Source of the DNA: Candidatus Micrarchaeota archaeon
GTDB taxonomy: Archaea; Micrarchaeota; Micrarchaeia; Norongarragalinales; UBA8480
Length of the DNA stretch: 64,000 nt
Reading direction: 5' to 3'
NCBI GenBank assembly: GCA_023247085.1
Contig: JAHFHC010000003.1
Coordinates: forward strand, 3,407 to 67,406
Shown here: positions 36,618 to 45,990 of the stretch, one piece after another
How the letters are laid out: every line of letters begins with the position of its first letter
Numbering within the stretch: the stretch's first letter is position 1
Notes under the pieces: generated by a model
The model's database searches: none
The model's input: the letters and a program-made list of their open reading frames with translations, nothing else
Told to the model about the DNA's origin: nothing
Program-made: the position numbers and the translations under genes

Positions 36618-37316
36618 TTAGGAACGCTTACTTGCGTGTTCGTCTTTTAGTTCTCTCAGTACTTCAAGCATTTTCGGATGTTTCACTTTAGTAAGCAGTC
36701 TTGTTATTGCTTCGCTTTCGCTTATTCCGGTTATTATGTGTAGTTGACTTAGGACGTAATGCGTGCTTCTTTTTGCCATTACTAATTTTAGTTCGTTAGT
36801 TAGCATCCATTCCATTTGTGCAAAGTGGTCAAAGTCATGTGTGATGAACTTCCCGCCACTAGCATTTGGAACAAAACCAATTGAATCATCACTAGGTGCA
36901 TAACCCGCGTTATATATTTTTGCAATGTGATTGAAGAACGCTTCAGCACGTTCCGTATTTATTTCATGTTCCCAAGGTATGATTTTTGATCCCCGGGTGG
37001 CGTTTCCAAATAACTCAGAAACCTGCACCCATTTTCCGTCGTGCCGTATGACTCTAGTTTTAGGTATATTTACGCCTGCATTGTGTAACTTTTCTATAGC
37101 AGTATTGTAGTGCGAAGCATCGGCTTCATTTTCTGGTTGCCGATGCTCATGAAATTCTTTCACAAGGACTCTTTTTGGTTTTTCTCCTTTGAATTTAATG
37201 CGCGCATAATAAACAATTCCGAACGACCCTGTGCCTATTGTCCTGCTACTTCTCTTTAGCCATTCTAAGTCTGCTTCTGTTTTCCACGGTTGCTTTTGGC
37301 GTTCAGTTTCGGTCAT
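36618..37316 (-). CDS. Atypical eukaryote-like protein kinase (Bud32/RIO-like)
   Basis: The glycine-rich loop IGTGSFGIVYYA and the VLVKEF Lys are present. The GVNIPK segment resembles the Bud32 GV.VP motif. The C-lobe is degenerate. Length is 232 aa. Confidence 0.45.
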   Translation of the reverse strand: MTETERQKQPWKTEADLEWLKRSSRTIGTGSFGIVYYARIKFKGEKPKRVLVKEFHEHRQPENEADASHYNTAIEKLHNAGVNIPKTRVIRHDGKWVQVSELFGNATRGSKIIPWEHEINTERAEAFFNHIAKIYNAGYAPSDDSIGFVPNASGGKFITHDFDHFAQMEWMLTNELKLVMAKRSTHYVLSQLHIITGISESEAITRLLTKVKHPKMLEVLRELKDEHASKRS

Positions 37317-37370
37317 CTTCTGCTCACGTGTTGAAGTTTCGTTTTTTCATTTTCTTTTTTCAAGCATTTT

Positions 37371-37583
37371 TTACTGCCTCGCTGCGAGTTTAATGTCTTG
37401 TGCGGTTACTGTTTTTCTTCCTGCGTGTCGTGCAAGTTGAGCTGCTTTTTGTGCTAAGTCAAGTGCGTAGTTTTCAAGAACGTCTCCAAGTGCTTCAGCT
37501 GCATCTGGTGAGACTCGCTCCGCTCCTGCTTTTCTAATCAACCGTTCAACTGGTGCAACGGGTAGATTTGCTTTTGTTTCCAT
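37371..37583 (-). CDS. Archaeal histone (HMf-type)
   Basis: [62 protein letters not shown]. Confidence 0.7.
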   Translation of the reverse strand: METKANLPVAPVERLIRKAGAERVSPDAAEALGDVLENYALDLAQKAAQLARHAGRKTVTAQDIKLAARQ

Positions 37584-37716
37584 AGAAAACCACCTTTAAT
37601 GGTTTAAATGAATGAATTAAGGCTTATAATAGCTGCGTTTTGCGTTTCGTGACTTAATGTCGGTTTGTTAAGCGAAGTCGAACAAATGCGGGCTTTAACA
37701 ACTTATTTATATTTGA

Positions 37717-38169
37717 ATGGCCGACAATTGGTATATGGATGACAAAGATAGTCGAATTTTAGATGAATTAAGTCGTAATAGTAGACAATCCACCGCGCTT
37801 ATTTCAAGAAGCACGGGTATTCCAAGAGTAACTGTACACGATCGATTGGATAAACTGAAAAAGAACGGTGTGATTAAGCGCTTTACGGTGGAGCTTGACT
37901 ATGCTAAGTTGGGTTTACCCGTAACTGCATTAGCGCTTGTTACTTATGATCGTTCAGCTAACTTGGATCAACATGAAGTTGCAAGAAAAATAGTTGGATT
38001 ATCTGGGGTTTATGAAGTACAGATTATTTCTGGTCAATGGGATTTCTTAGTCAAAATTCGTGCTGCTTCTATAAACGATGTAGGCATGTTGATAATTGAT
38101 AATATTCGTAAACTTGAAGGGGTTAACCAAACCCTCACAATGGCCGTTTTTGAAACAATAAAAGAATAA
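37717..38169 (+). CDS. Lrp/AsnC-family transcriptional regulator
   Basis: DSRILDELSRNSRQSTALISRSTGIPRVTVHDRLDKLKKNGVIKRFTV is the HTH. A RAM domain follows. Confidence 0.7.
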   Translation: MADNWYMDDKDSRILDELSRNSRQSTALISRSTGIPRVTVHDRLDKLKKNGVIKRFTVELDYAKLGLPVTALALVTYDRSANLDQHEVARKIVGLSGVYEVQIISGQWDFLVKIRAASINDVGMLIIDNIRKLEGVNQTLTMAVFETIKE

Positions 38170-38233
38170 CTCGGCCACTGCTCAAAGCCTTTTGCTTGTT
38201 TATTTATTTGTACTATGCCTATGTATTACTGAA

Positions 38234-39769
38234 ATGCTCGATTTGCTTGATCTTAAATTAAATGGCTTTGAACCCAGAAAGTACCAACTTGATGCTGCGT
38301 GTTCTGTAATAGAAAAAGGCAACACGCTGGTTGTAATGCCAACTGCGCTTGGAAAAACTTATGTTGCGATGTTAGTATTGGCTGAAGTGTTGCGTCGCAA
38401 TCAAAATAACCGCGCTTTATTTTTAGCGCCGACAAAGCCATTGGCAGACCAACAGTTTAAAAAAATTCAAGAAACGCTTCAACTTGGGGACAATGCTTGT
38501 CTGTTAACTGGGGAATTATCTCCAGAAAAACGTTTGCCGTTACTATCTTCAGTGAAAGTTATTTGCGCTACTCCCCAAGCAATTGAAAACGATGTGCTTT
38601 CATCGCGAGTAGATCTAAAAGATTTTGCGCTAATTGTATTTGACGAAGTGCACCGCGCAGTTGGTGAATATTCTTATTCATTCATAGCACAACAGGCGAT
38701 GCGAGTAAAGCCTTCGCCTTTGTTACTTGGTTTAACCGCCTCTCCTTCTTCTGAAAAAGAAAAGATAAAAGAGATCTGTAAAAACCTAGGTGTAACTAAT
38801 TTATTTGTCAGAAGCGAGTCTGATTCCGATGTGAGCAAATATATTCAGCCAGTTGGGGTTGAATGGGAGTTTATCCCGCTTCCGCAAGAGATGAAACAAG
38901 CACGCGATTTGCTAACTGACATTTTGCGTGATTCACTTCAAGAGTTAAAGCGCAGTGGATTTTTAGGATCTGCAGATGCAAATCAAGTCAACAAACGCGA
39001 CTTGTTGGCTCTGCGTGCAACTATTTTGCGTGGTTTATCAAAAAACTCTGCAGGTTATCGCGCATTAACTGTACAAGCAAAAACGCTGTCGATTTTGCAC
39101 GCATTAGATGTACTTGATTCTCAGGGGGTTTCTTCACTTCTATCTTTCCTTAAATCACTTTACGGCCGCGACAAGCCAAGTAAAGCGGCTAAAGAATTAA
39201 CGAGTGATTTTCGATTACAAAAAGTAATTACCGTGGCTGAAAATTTAATTAAAGCCGGCGTTGACCACCCGAAATTTGGCGTGTTACAAGATCTAGCAAA
39301 GCATGCTGTTGAAAACAATCAAAGTGTTATCGTCTTTGCACATTTTCGCGATTCAGTTGAAAAAATTGTTTCTCTATTGAATGAAAAAAGCCTGGGTGCA
39401 AAATCGCTAGTTGGCAGGAGTATAAAAAACGGTTCTGGAATGACGCAGAAAAAACAATTGGCGGTTGTTGAACAATTCAAGAGTAGAGAATTTCCAATAC
39501 TCGTTTGTACCAGCGTGGGTGAAGAAGGTTTAGATTTGACAACTGTTGATCTCGTTGTATTTTTTGAGGCGGTTCCATCTGAAATTCGTTTAATTCAACG
39601 CCGTGGCCGTGCAGGAAGAACAAAAAGTGGCAAAGTGATTGTACTTGTTGCAAAAGGGACAAAGGACGAGGCCTTTCACTGGATTTCTCGACGCAAAGAA
39701 AAGAAAATGAATGATACTTTAAAAAACTTGCCGCAATTAACAATGCAAGATTTCAGTAACGGTGAATAA
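38234..39769 (+). CDS. hef: Hef/FANCM-type superfamily-2 helicase (helicase part only)
   Basis: Motif I VVMPTALGKT, motif II VFDEVHRA and motif VI QRRGRAGR. The likely start is MLDLLDLKLNGFEPRKYQ at 38234. It ends 5 nt before the XPF nuclease ORF. Confidence 0.55.
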   Translation: MLDLLDLKLNGFEPRKYQLDAACSVIEKGNTLVVMPTALGKTYVAMLVLAEVLRRNQNNRALFLAPTKPLADQQFKKIQETLQLGDNACLLTGELSPEKRLPLLSSVKVICATPQAIENDVLSSRVDLKDFALIVFDEVHRAVGEYSYSFIAQQAMRVKPSPLLLGLTASPSSEKEKIKEICKNLGVTNLFVRSESDSDVSKYIQPVGVEWEFIPLPQEMKQARDLLTDILRDSLQELKRSGFLGSADANQVNKRDLLALRATILRGLSKNSAGYRALTVQAKTLSILHALDVLDSQGVSSLLSFLKSLYGRDKPSKAAKELTSDFRLQKVITVAENLIKAGVDHPKFGVLQDLAKHAVENNQSVIVFAHFRDSVEKIVSLLNEKSLGAKSLVGRSIKNGSGMTQKKQLAVVEQFKSREFPILVCTSVGEEGLDLTTVDLVVFFEAVPSEIRLIQRRGRAGRTKSGKVIVLVAKGTKDEAFHWISRRKEKKMNDTLKNLPQLTMQDFSNGE

Positions 39770-39774
39770 ATATT

Positions 39775-40476
39775 TTGAACAACGTAGTTGAATTCGATTT
39801 AGAAGCGATTAGAAAGACCGGCAAGCCACTTATTTTCGTAGATGACCGTGAATTAAAAAGTGAAGCAGCAAAAACCTTGTTTCTCATGGGTGCTTCGCTT
39901 AAGCCACAGCGGCTTGAAGTTTCTGATTTTATTTTATCACCCAGAGTTGCAATTGAACGAAAAACTGCTAATGATTTTGAAGCCAGTGTTTTAGATGGAA
40001 GACTATTCGAACAAGTGAAAAATCTTCTTGAAAACGTAGAACGACCATTGCTGTGCGTCATTGGCCGAGAATTTTTTCGACTTGGTGAAAAGGCGATGCG
40101 AGGGGTATTGATTTCGCTTGTTGTGGACTTTGGCTTACCGGTTTTATTTTTTGACAACGAAAAACAACTCGGGGAATTTTTGTTTCATTTGGCTGAACGT
40201 GAACAAATTAAAGAACACAAGGAACAAAAACTCCGTTTCGGCAAAAAAGGATTTACTTTATCACAACGGCAACAATTCATTGTAGAAAGTTTACCTATGA
40301 TTGGTCCAAATGCGGCAAAGAAGTTGCTCGAACATTTTGGCAGCGTTGAAGCGATTTTCAAGGCAGATGAAAAAGCCCTTCAAGAAGTGAACTTGATTGG
40401 CAAAGAAAAAGCAAAGGAACTGAGAAACATAATCTGCACCAAGTATAAAAACGAATTAAGTGAATCAGAACAATAG
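39775..40476 (+). CDS. xpf: XPF/ERCC4 nuclease with C-terminal tandem HhH
   Basis: ERCC4 motif VDDRE...ERKTANDFEASVLDGRLFEQ and (HhH)2 LPMIGPNAAKKLLEHFGSVEAI. TTG start. It is in a different frame from the helicase ORF. Confidence 0.55.
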   Translation: MNNVVEFDLEAIRKTGKPLIFVDDRELKSEAAKTLFLMGASLKPQRLEVSDFILSPRVAIERKTANDFEASVLDGRLFEQVKNLLENVERPLLCVIGREFFRLGEKAMRGVLISLVVDFGLPVLFFDNEKQLGEFLFHLAEREQIKEHKEQKLRFGKKGFTLSQRQQFIVESLPMIGPNAAKKLLEHFGSVEAIFKADEKALQEVNLIGKEKAKELRNIICTKYKNELSESEQ

Positions 40477-40527
40477 CTACTGTTGATTCGCTCACCTGAA
40501 CCAATAAATACGATTTTGTCTTACTAA

Positions 40528-41820
40528 TTGTATATGAAAAAAAGACCGGATGATATAGAGTTAGGATATTTCGACGTATCAAATGAACAAGCAGTGCGTT
40601 TGCATAACCTTCAAGATGCTGTACATAACTACCTTGAGCAGTCAAAAGCGCGTTATCCAAATTTAATTAATCGTATTTTAAAAGGAAATAAAGCAATAGA
40701 AGAAGTGTTGCATAGGGACTTCGCGGAGTTGAAGCGAGAGTTACACCGGAGACAAATTCGCACAACTCGAGAAGAACTTACTCGCGCTTTTCGTAACCAA
40801 ATAGAAACTGAAACTACTTCATTTCGCAACAGACCAGATTTACGGTCTAAACTTTTCTATAATATGTTTGGAGTATTTCACAAAATAATCCACGGAGACC
40901 CTGGGCTCAAATATCTTTACCCGCGACGCGAAGTAACTGACAATCGCCATTTAGTGCGCCACGGTCCAGTTGAACCTGGGATACTCGCTCAAATAGCAAC
41001 AGAGGCAGCTACGCGAGAATTGAAGCGTCAAGAAGAAGAATTGAAGTTCGACACCGGGCCAGAAGATCCTGCAGCTGAATTGAGATTTGCTCTTCGCACT
41101 GGCGCTAGTGCTGTATTTGACGCTCTTGAAACCCACGAAGTGCTTCCATCGCGCGCAGAATTAATGCGACTTGTTGATGGGGTTAGAATGCTTGTTGACC
41201 GTGACTTGAAGCAAATCTCCCCCCATCATGCGCGTTTACTTCCTGCGCCGCGTACTACTCCAATGCACGCTCGCCAAATGCTAGCGGAGTTAGATGACCG
41301 TGTAGCAGATCATCGTGATGCGCTTACTGCCAAGGCGGTTAGGTTTTTACCTGCATCAACTGCTACTGATCGTGTTTTGGAAACGCTCAAATCACTAGGT
41401 GTGCCTGAAAAAGCCGCGCCTGAATTCGCAAAGCATTTGCACGCACTCGGTTCACCCGGCGATGCCGTTCATGCTCTTAAAAATAGTCAAAGAGTTGCTT
41501 TGTTTTTACATAAGACTGCAAATCATTGGATGGGTACTCTTGAACCACATGAATTTGGCAAAAGAGTACGTGCATTAACTAGTTTCGTAGTTAAGCAGCC
41601 TTATCATGCGGTTACTGAAAGTGTATTAACGGATTTACGTAAAGAGGCGGATGTAGCTGCAGAAAGAGAAGTAAGACGATTACATAAGCCTGGCATGAGC
41701 TACGAGGAGTTATATGCTTCACACCCTAAAGTCGGGGCACTAAAAGACTATGCTGCAGTGCTTCACCTTGCAACTGCTGAACTAGCAGAAGAACGAGCAA
41801 GACAACGGCCACACGGCTGA
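40528..41820 (+). CDS. Hypothetical protein, Arg/His/Ala-rich, GC-richer than flanks
   Basis: 430-aa ORF. Composition is visibly different: many R, H and A, and codons ending in G/C. No motif recognised. Confidence 0.3.
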   Translation: MYMKKRPDDIELGYFDVSNEQAVRLHNLQDAVHNYLEQSKARYPNLINRILKGNKAIEEVLHRDFAELKRELHRRQIRTTREELTRAFRNQIETETTSFRNRPDLRSKLFYNMFGVFHKIIHGDPGLKYLYPRREVTDNRHLVRHGPVEPGILAQIATEAATRELKRQEEELKFDTGPEDPAAELRFALRTGASAVFDALETHEVLPSRAELMRLVDGVRMLVDRDLKQISPHHARLLPAPRTTPMHARQMLAELDDRVADHRDALTAKAVRFLPASTATDRVLETLKSLGVPEKAAPEFAKHLHALGSPGDAVHALKNSQRVALFLHKTANHWMGTLEPHEFGKRVRALTSFVVKQPYHAVTESVLTDLRKEADVAAEREVRRLHKPGMSYEELYASHPKVGALKDYAAVLHLATAELAEERARQRPHG

Positions 41821-41824
41821 TCTT

Positions 41825-42412
41825 TCAACTATTTTTTTCTTCGCCACTTTCAGCAGTAGCGGCGGGTTCGTTTTCACTTTTCTCTTCAACTAGTTCCGGA
41901 ATATGTGTTTCTTCTGCAATTGTTATTTGAAACTCTTCGTGGAACTTCTTTGTTGGTTTTAATTTCCAAGAGTGGCCAACCTTGTGCCGTTCAATATACC
42001 CTTTTTCGCGTAGCTCGCCAACATACTCGTAAATATCGCCCTTGAAATATTTGCGCAAGTCACTTTGCAATAATTCTTTTTTCTTAGCAATTAAAGCAAG
42101 CATCTTCATTGACTTTTTATGTAATTCAATTTTACCCGCAAGTTGTGCAACACTCGCCAACCACTTTGCTTTAACTTGAATTGCAGCAGTTCGCATTTCT
42201 GTGTTAATTACAATTTCAATTGCGTGATCATTTTGCTCATATGCTGATTGCAATGCCTCTAATCCGGCCACGACTACTGCTTCGTCAGCGATGTTTGCTA
42301 ATCTAGCAAGTTCTTCAAACGAAACGCTTCTGTTTGCCATAAATAACGAAGCTTCTAATACGCGTTGTGCTTTGTAATTACTTTCCTGTTCTTCAAATCG
42401 TTGCTGTACCAT
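41825..42412 (-). CDS. scpB: Segregation and condensation protein B-like (two winged helices)
   Basis: LEASLFMANRSVSFEELARLANI... and a second wH KKKELLQSDLRKYFKGDIYEYVGELREKGYIER. Acidic C-terminus. Confidence 0.45.
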   Translation of the reverse strand: MVQQRFEEQESNYKAQRVLEASLFMANRSVSFEELARLANIADEAVVVAGLEALQSAYEQNDHAIEIVINTEMRTAAIQVKAKWLASVAQLAGKIELHKKSMKMLALIAKKKELLQSDLRKYFKGDIYEYVGELREKGYIERHKVGHSWKLKPTKKFHEEFQITIAEETHIPELVEEKSENEPAATAESGEEKNS

Positions 42413-42513
42413 ATAGTTCTCAACTGCGATACTATTATACGCCGCCAGTTTTTAACTCTTTTAGAATAAGCAATTTTAAACGAAAGGCTGAAAGTTCAGC
42501 GGCTACGTTGCCC

Positions 42514-43425
42514 TTAGGTGTTGTTAAATGGCACGTCAAAGGTTTCACTTTCGATAGTCACTTTAACTACTTTTTTTCGTGGATTTATATTGACCGCCGC
42601 AGTTAATTCATTTGAGAAGTAATCCTTCATTAGCGGTGGCCTTGGCATTGAAATTAAGTTTATGAAGTTAGTTTGAATCGCCGTAGGTACGTCTTGAATG
42701 TTAACTATACGTTGTAATAACACCGGCGCATGCGTTATTCCGAGTGAACGAAGCACATAGAGCCTATGAAATCCATTGTTAAGCACTAGCCGGTTACCCA
42801 TTGCTAATACGTTTGCAATCGGAAGCCCATAACCGACCAGGGTAATTAGGCACCTCACAGGAATGCCGGTCATGACTTCGTTTGGCAAAGTAACTGTTTC
42901 TATTGGTTGCGAGAAGCTTCCAATAACGCGTAGATCCGAACTGTCAGACGAGTAAATGACTTGGTTATCTGCATTTTTTAGCCTAGATATTGGCGCGTAG
43001 TCCTTTTTTAGAGAAATCGTAAAATCAACCAAAGCGTCTTCAGTTAATTTCTGCGGTAATTTATTCTTAAGTTTTTCAATAAAATCTAAATAAACGCCAT
43101 TTTGTAACGTTATCAATTTATCGATTTCCACGATTTTGAATTCCCAGTTTGTTTTACTATACGTATTTTGAAAAATTGAACTTTCTTGCACTGGTTTTAG
43201 TTTACGCGCGATACTCTCGCTTACTGGTAAAACTTGAATTGAATCCGCAACTCGACTTTCAGTTGACTGCATTGTTTCAAAAATTCGCGCTACTTTTTCC
43301 CAGTCTTGAACGAGTTTATCGGTGTGCTTTATGTCCTCTTCAGTGCACTTAGTTTGAATATACTCGATAAAGTACGCTTTTGTAAACCCGTGCAAAATAA
43401 GTTTTTGCTTTTGGAAGATTGTCAT
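42514..43425 (-). CDS. Hypothetical protein with ParB/sulfiredoxin-like segment
   Basis: NGFHRLYVLRSLGITHAPV resembles the ParB-N GxxR/HR motif. Length is 303 aa. Confidence 0.25.
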   Translation of the reverse strand: MTIFQKQKLILHGFTKAYFIEYIQTKCTEEDIKHTDKLVQDWEKVARIFETMQSTESRVADSIQVLPVSESIARKLKPVQESSIFQNTYSKTNWEFKIVEIDKLITLQNGVYLDFIEKLKNKLPQKLTEDALVDFTISLKKDYAPISRLKNADNQVIYSSDSSDLRVIGSFSQPIETVTLPNEVMTGIPVRCLITLVGYGLPIANVLAMGNRLVLNNGFHRLYVLRSLGITHAPVLLQRIVNIQDVPTAIQTNFINLISMPRPPLMKDYFSNELTAAVNINPRKKVVKVTIESETFDVPFNNT

Positions 43426-43633
43426 AATATAGTTTATTTATGGATCTATAAGTTTTAACACCTTTTGCGAGCAAGCCAAACCGTTTTATACCCCGCCTGC
43501 TCTTTTTATCTCCTGGCAGCTTCGCGCTATTTAAGTTGAAGTTGTACTGAACTGCTCAACGGCAGATTGAATTGAAATTTAAATCAATTCAAATCTCACA
43601 GCGGGCAAATAAATTAAGGTGTAATATTAGTCA

Positions 43634-44221
43634 ATGGATTTTTTAGTACCACAAGAAAAATACTTAGAAGCAGGTGCACACATCGGCACACGCACAAAGA
43701 ATGGTGCAATGCGTCGCTTTATTTACAAAGCACGTGAAGACGGCTTACATGTACTTGACTTGAAAAAAACTAATGAGCGAATTTACAACGCAGCTTGTTT
43801 TATTGCCAAGTACCCGATGGAAAAGTTTTACATTGTAGGCAACAAGGAAAATGCCAAAAAAGCAATTGAAAAATTCGGCGAATTAACTGGCAGCAAAGCA
43901 CTCTCGACTCGCTTTACGCCTGGGCGGTTTACAAACCCAGCGCGCACTGACTTCGTTGAACCAGAACTATTAATGGTAGTTGACCCTGCCGTTGACAAAC
44001 AATCAGTTAAAGAAGCATTTGAAATAAATGTCCCAATCGTCGCGATTTGTGACACCAACAACTCGCTTAAATGCGTTGACTTAGTAATTCCGGCTAATAA
44101 CAAAGGAAGAAAATCAATTGCACTATTATTCTGGATACTAGCGCGCGAAGTACTTAAACAACAAGGCAAAATAACCGGCGACGAACAGTACACTACTACA
44201 ATAGAAGAATTTGAAGCTTAA
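43634..44221 (+). CDS. rps2: 30S ribosomal protein S2 (uS2)
   Basis: YLEAGAHIGTRTKNGAMRRFIYKAREDGLHVLDLKKT...VVDP is the archaeal uS2 signature. Confidence 0.8.
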   Translation: MDFLVPQEKYLEAGAHIGTRTKNGAMRRFIYKAREDGLHVLDLKKTNERIYNAACFIAKYPMEKFYIVGNKENAKKAIEKFGELTGSKALSTRFTPGRFTNPARTDFVEPELLMVVDPAVDKQSVKEAFEINVPIVAICDTNNSLKCVDLVIPANNKGRKSIALLFWILAREVLKQQGKITGDEQYTTTIEEFEA

Positions 44222-44798
44222 GCTTCAAAGAATTTCTACGTTTTCAAGCCCGCGGAAATCGTTATCTGCGGTAATTAGCTTAACTTTGTTTAGCTTTGCG
44301 GTTGCGATTAAAAAGAATTAGCTTATTGGAGTCGTAGGGGGTGACGTGCTGGCTTTTTTGAGTGCTTGTTTTTTTGAAATCGCTTTTCTTTCATCGAAAG
44401 GACGCGAATCCGAATGATTTTATACCAAAGGCCGAAACACAATTGTTGAAGGCATAACCGCCTGTTAATGGGTTGGCTTGGATCACTCACAAACACATTA
44501 CTGTTTCCAGCACGCAACGCACTGTTTCTTTTCCTACGTTTCTTTTTCTATTAATGTGCTTTTCTAGCACCTCCTGTCAACTATTATTCAATTATAGTAT
44601 AAATAGTTGTCGTTTTCTAAACAAAGTAGTGACAAAAGTGAATGTTTTTGTTTAAAATAGGACAAATTTGTTTGCCTCTGCGTTTTTTGTTTATTTTCGA
44701 AAGGTTTTTTAAGGCAAGTTGCGTTTAATTGTACGCTCGTTTTTAGCTAACTGCGATAATTCGTAGCAAATTTCAATTATTTATATTAAAATCGTCGG

Positions 44799-45509
44799 GT
44801 GTTTTTGCTGGTTTATTCTATTTCAGATGCTGTTAAAGAAGTGCTCGGTGAATTAACGTTTCTTAAATCGGGCATTGATAATGATTTACTGAATTATTCT
44901 GCAGTTGCGCGATTTATTTCTCCAGTTGTTTCAACTAAGCTTGGTTACGAAGCTGGCTTAGAAGCAGTTGCTGTTGCTGTGCGCCGGTATGTTGAGTCTA
45001 ATACTTCAAAAAACAATCAATCGGCTAAATTGCTTGAATCAGTGAAGAATGCTAAGATAATTCTGCGTAGTGATTTGTGTCTATTGGTTGTCAAGCAATG
45101 GCTAGATGTGAATTTTTTGCAAGAGGTAAATTCAGTTTTAGCGAATGTTGATTTTAGAGCTGGTGAAAAACTCTATGTGATCGTGCGCTCAAATGACTTG
45201 GTGATTGTATGCAATTCTCGGTTTTTGCCTGTTTTTGAATCTAAGTTGCGTCTTCCAGCAAAGTTGTCAACGAGGTTGACTGACTTGTCCTTAATAACTG
45301 TTAATCTTCAAGCAACTGCTTTTGAAATTCCCGGTCTCTTGCAATTTTTCAGCCAACAATTTGATGCAGCTGGAATAAATGTTGAAGAAGTGTTTTCAAC
45401 TCGTGGCAAAATTACGTTTGTATTTGCCCAGCGAGATGCGGCTAGAGCTTACGAAAAGATAAGCGAATCAATCGAAGCAATTAAACTAATGCCTTTAAAG
45501 CAAAAGTGA
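44799..45509 (+). CDS. Hypothetical protein
   Basis: 236-aa ORF, possibly ACT-like. Preceded by a ~580-nt ORF-free gap. Confidence 0.25.
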   Translation: MFLLVYSISDAVKEVLGELTFLKSGIDNDLLNYSAVARFISPVVSTKLGYEAGLEAVAVAVRRYVESNTSKNNQSAKLLESVKNAKIILRSDLCLLVVKQWLDVNFLQEVNSVLANVDFRAGEKLYVIVRSNDLVIVCNSRFLPVFESKLRLPAKLSTRLTDLSLITVNLQATAFEIPGLLQFFSQQFDAAGINVEEVFSTRGKITFVFAQRDAARAYEKISESIEAIKLMPLKQK

Positions 45510-45600
45510 TAAACTCTGCTTGTTTTAAAACCGCTTTCGCCTTATCAATATTGGCATATCCTGTAGCTATGGTATGCTACAAAACGATTTGAAAAGGTGA

Positions 45601-45990
45601 GTGTTTATGAACCCGAAACTAGCTGAAGTTGTTGCGTATTTGAAAAGAGGCAAGTCAAAGCCTGCAATTGCGCTAATTGAAAAACACGGATTGCACGAAA
45701 ATGAAATTGCTGCGTATTTGAAAAGAGGCAAGTCAAAGCCTGCAATTGCGCTAATTGAAAAACACGGATTGCACGAAAAAGGGGCCGAACTTCTTGAGCG
45801 TGGAGGCTGGCCTGGCCCTGCTGGTGATCATTATCTACGCGCAGCAAACTTAGAGGCCAGTAAAGCAAAGATTGATCATGACAAATACCGGAGATTGTTA
45901 GCTAAAGCCGGAACTGCATATACTAATGCTGGACTGGGCGGTCAGGCTGAAGATGTCGTAAAAAGGCTTAGAATTTTGGCTTCAAGGTGA
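45601..45990 (+). CDS. Hypothetical protein containing a perfect 26-aa tandem repeat
   Basis: VAYLKRGKSKPAIALIEKHGLHE occurs twice, encoded by identical DNA. Confidence 0.3.
   Translation: MFMNPKLAEVVAYLKRGKSKPAIALIEKHGLHENEIAAYLKRGKSKPAIALIEKHGLHEKGAELLERGGWPGPAGDHYLRAANLEASKAKIDHDKYRRLLAKAGTAYTNAGLGGQAEDVVKRLRILASR
45634..45780 (+). repeat. Perfect 68-nt direct repeat, two copies spaced 78 nt apart (in-frame tandem duplication)
   Basis: GCGTATTTGAAAAGAGGCAAGTCAAAGCCTGCAATTGCGCTAATTGAAAAACACGGATTGCACGAAAA at 45634-45701 and again at 45712-45779. Confidence 0.8.
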
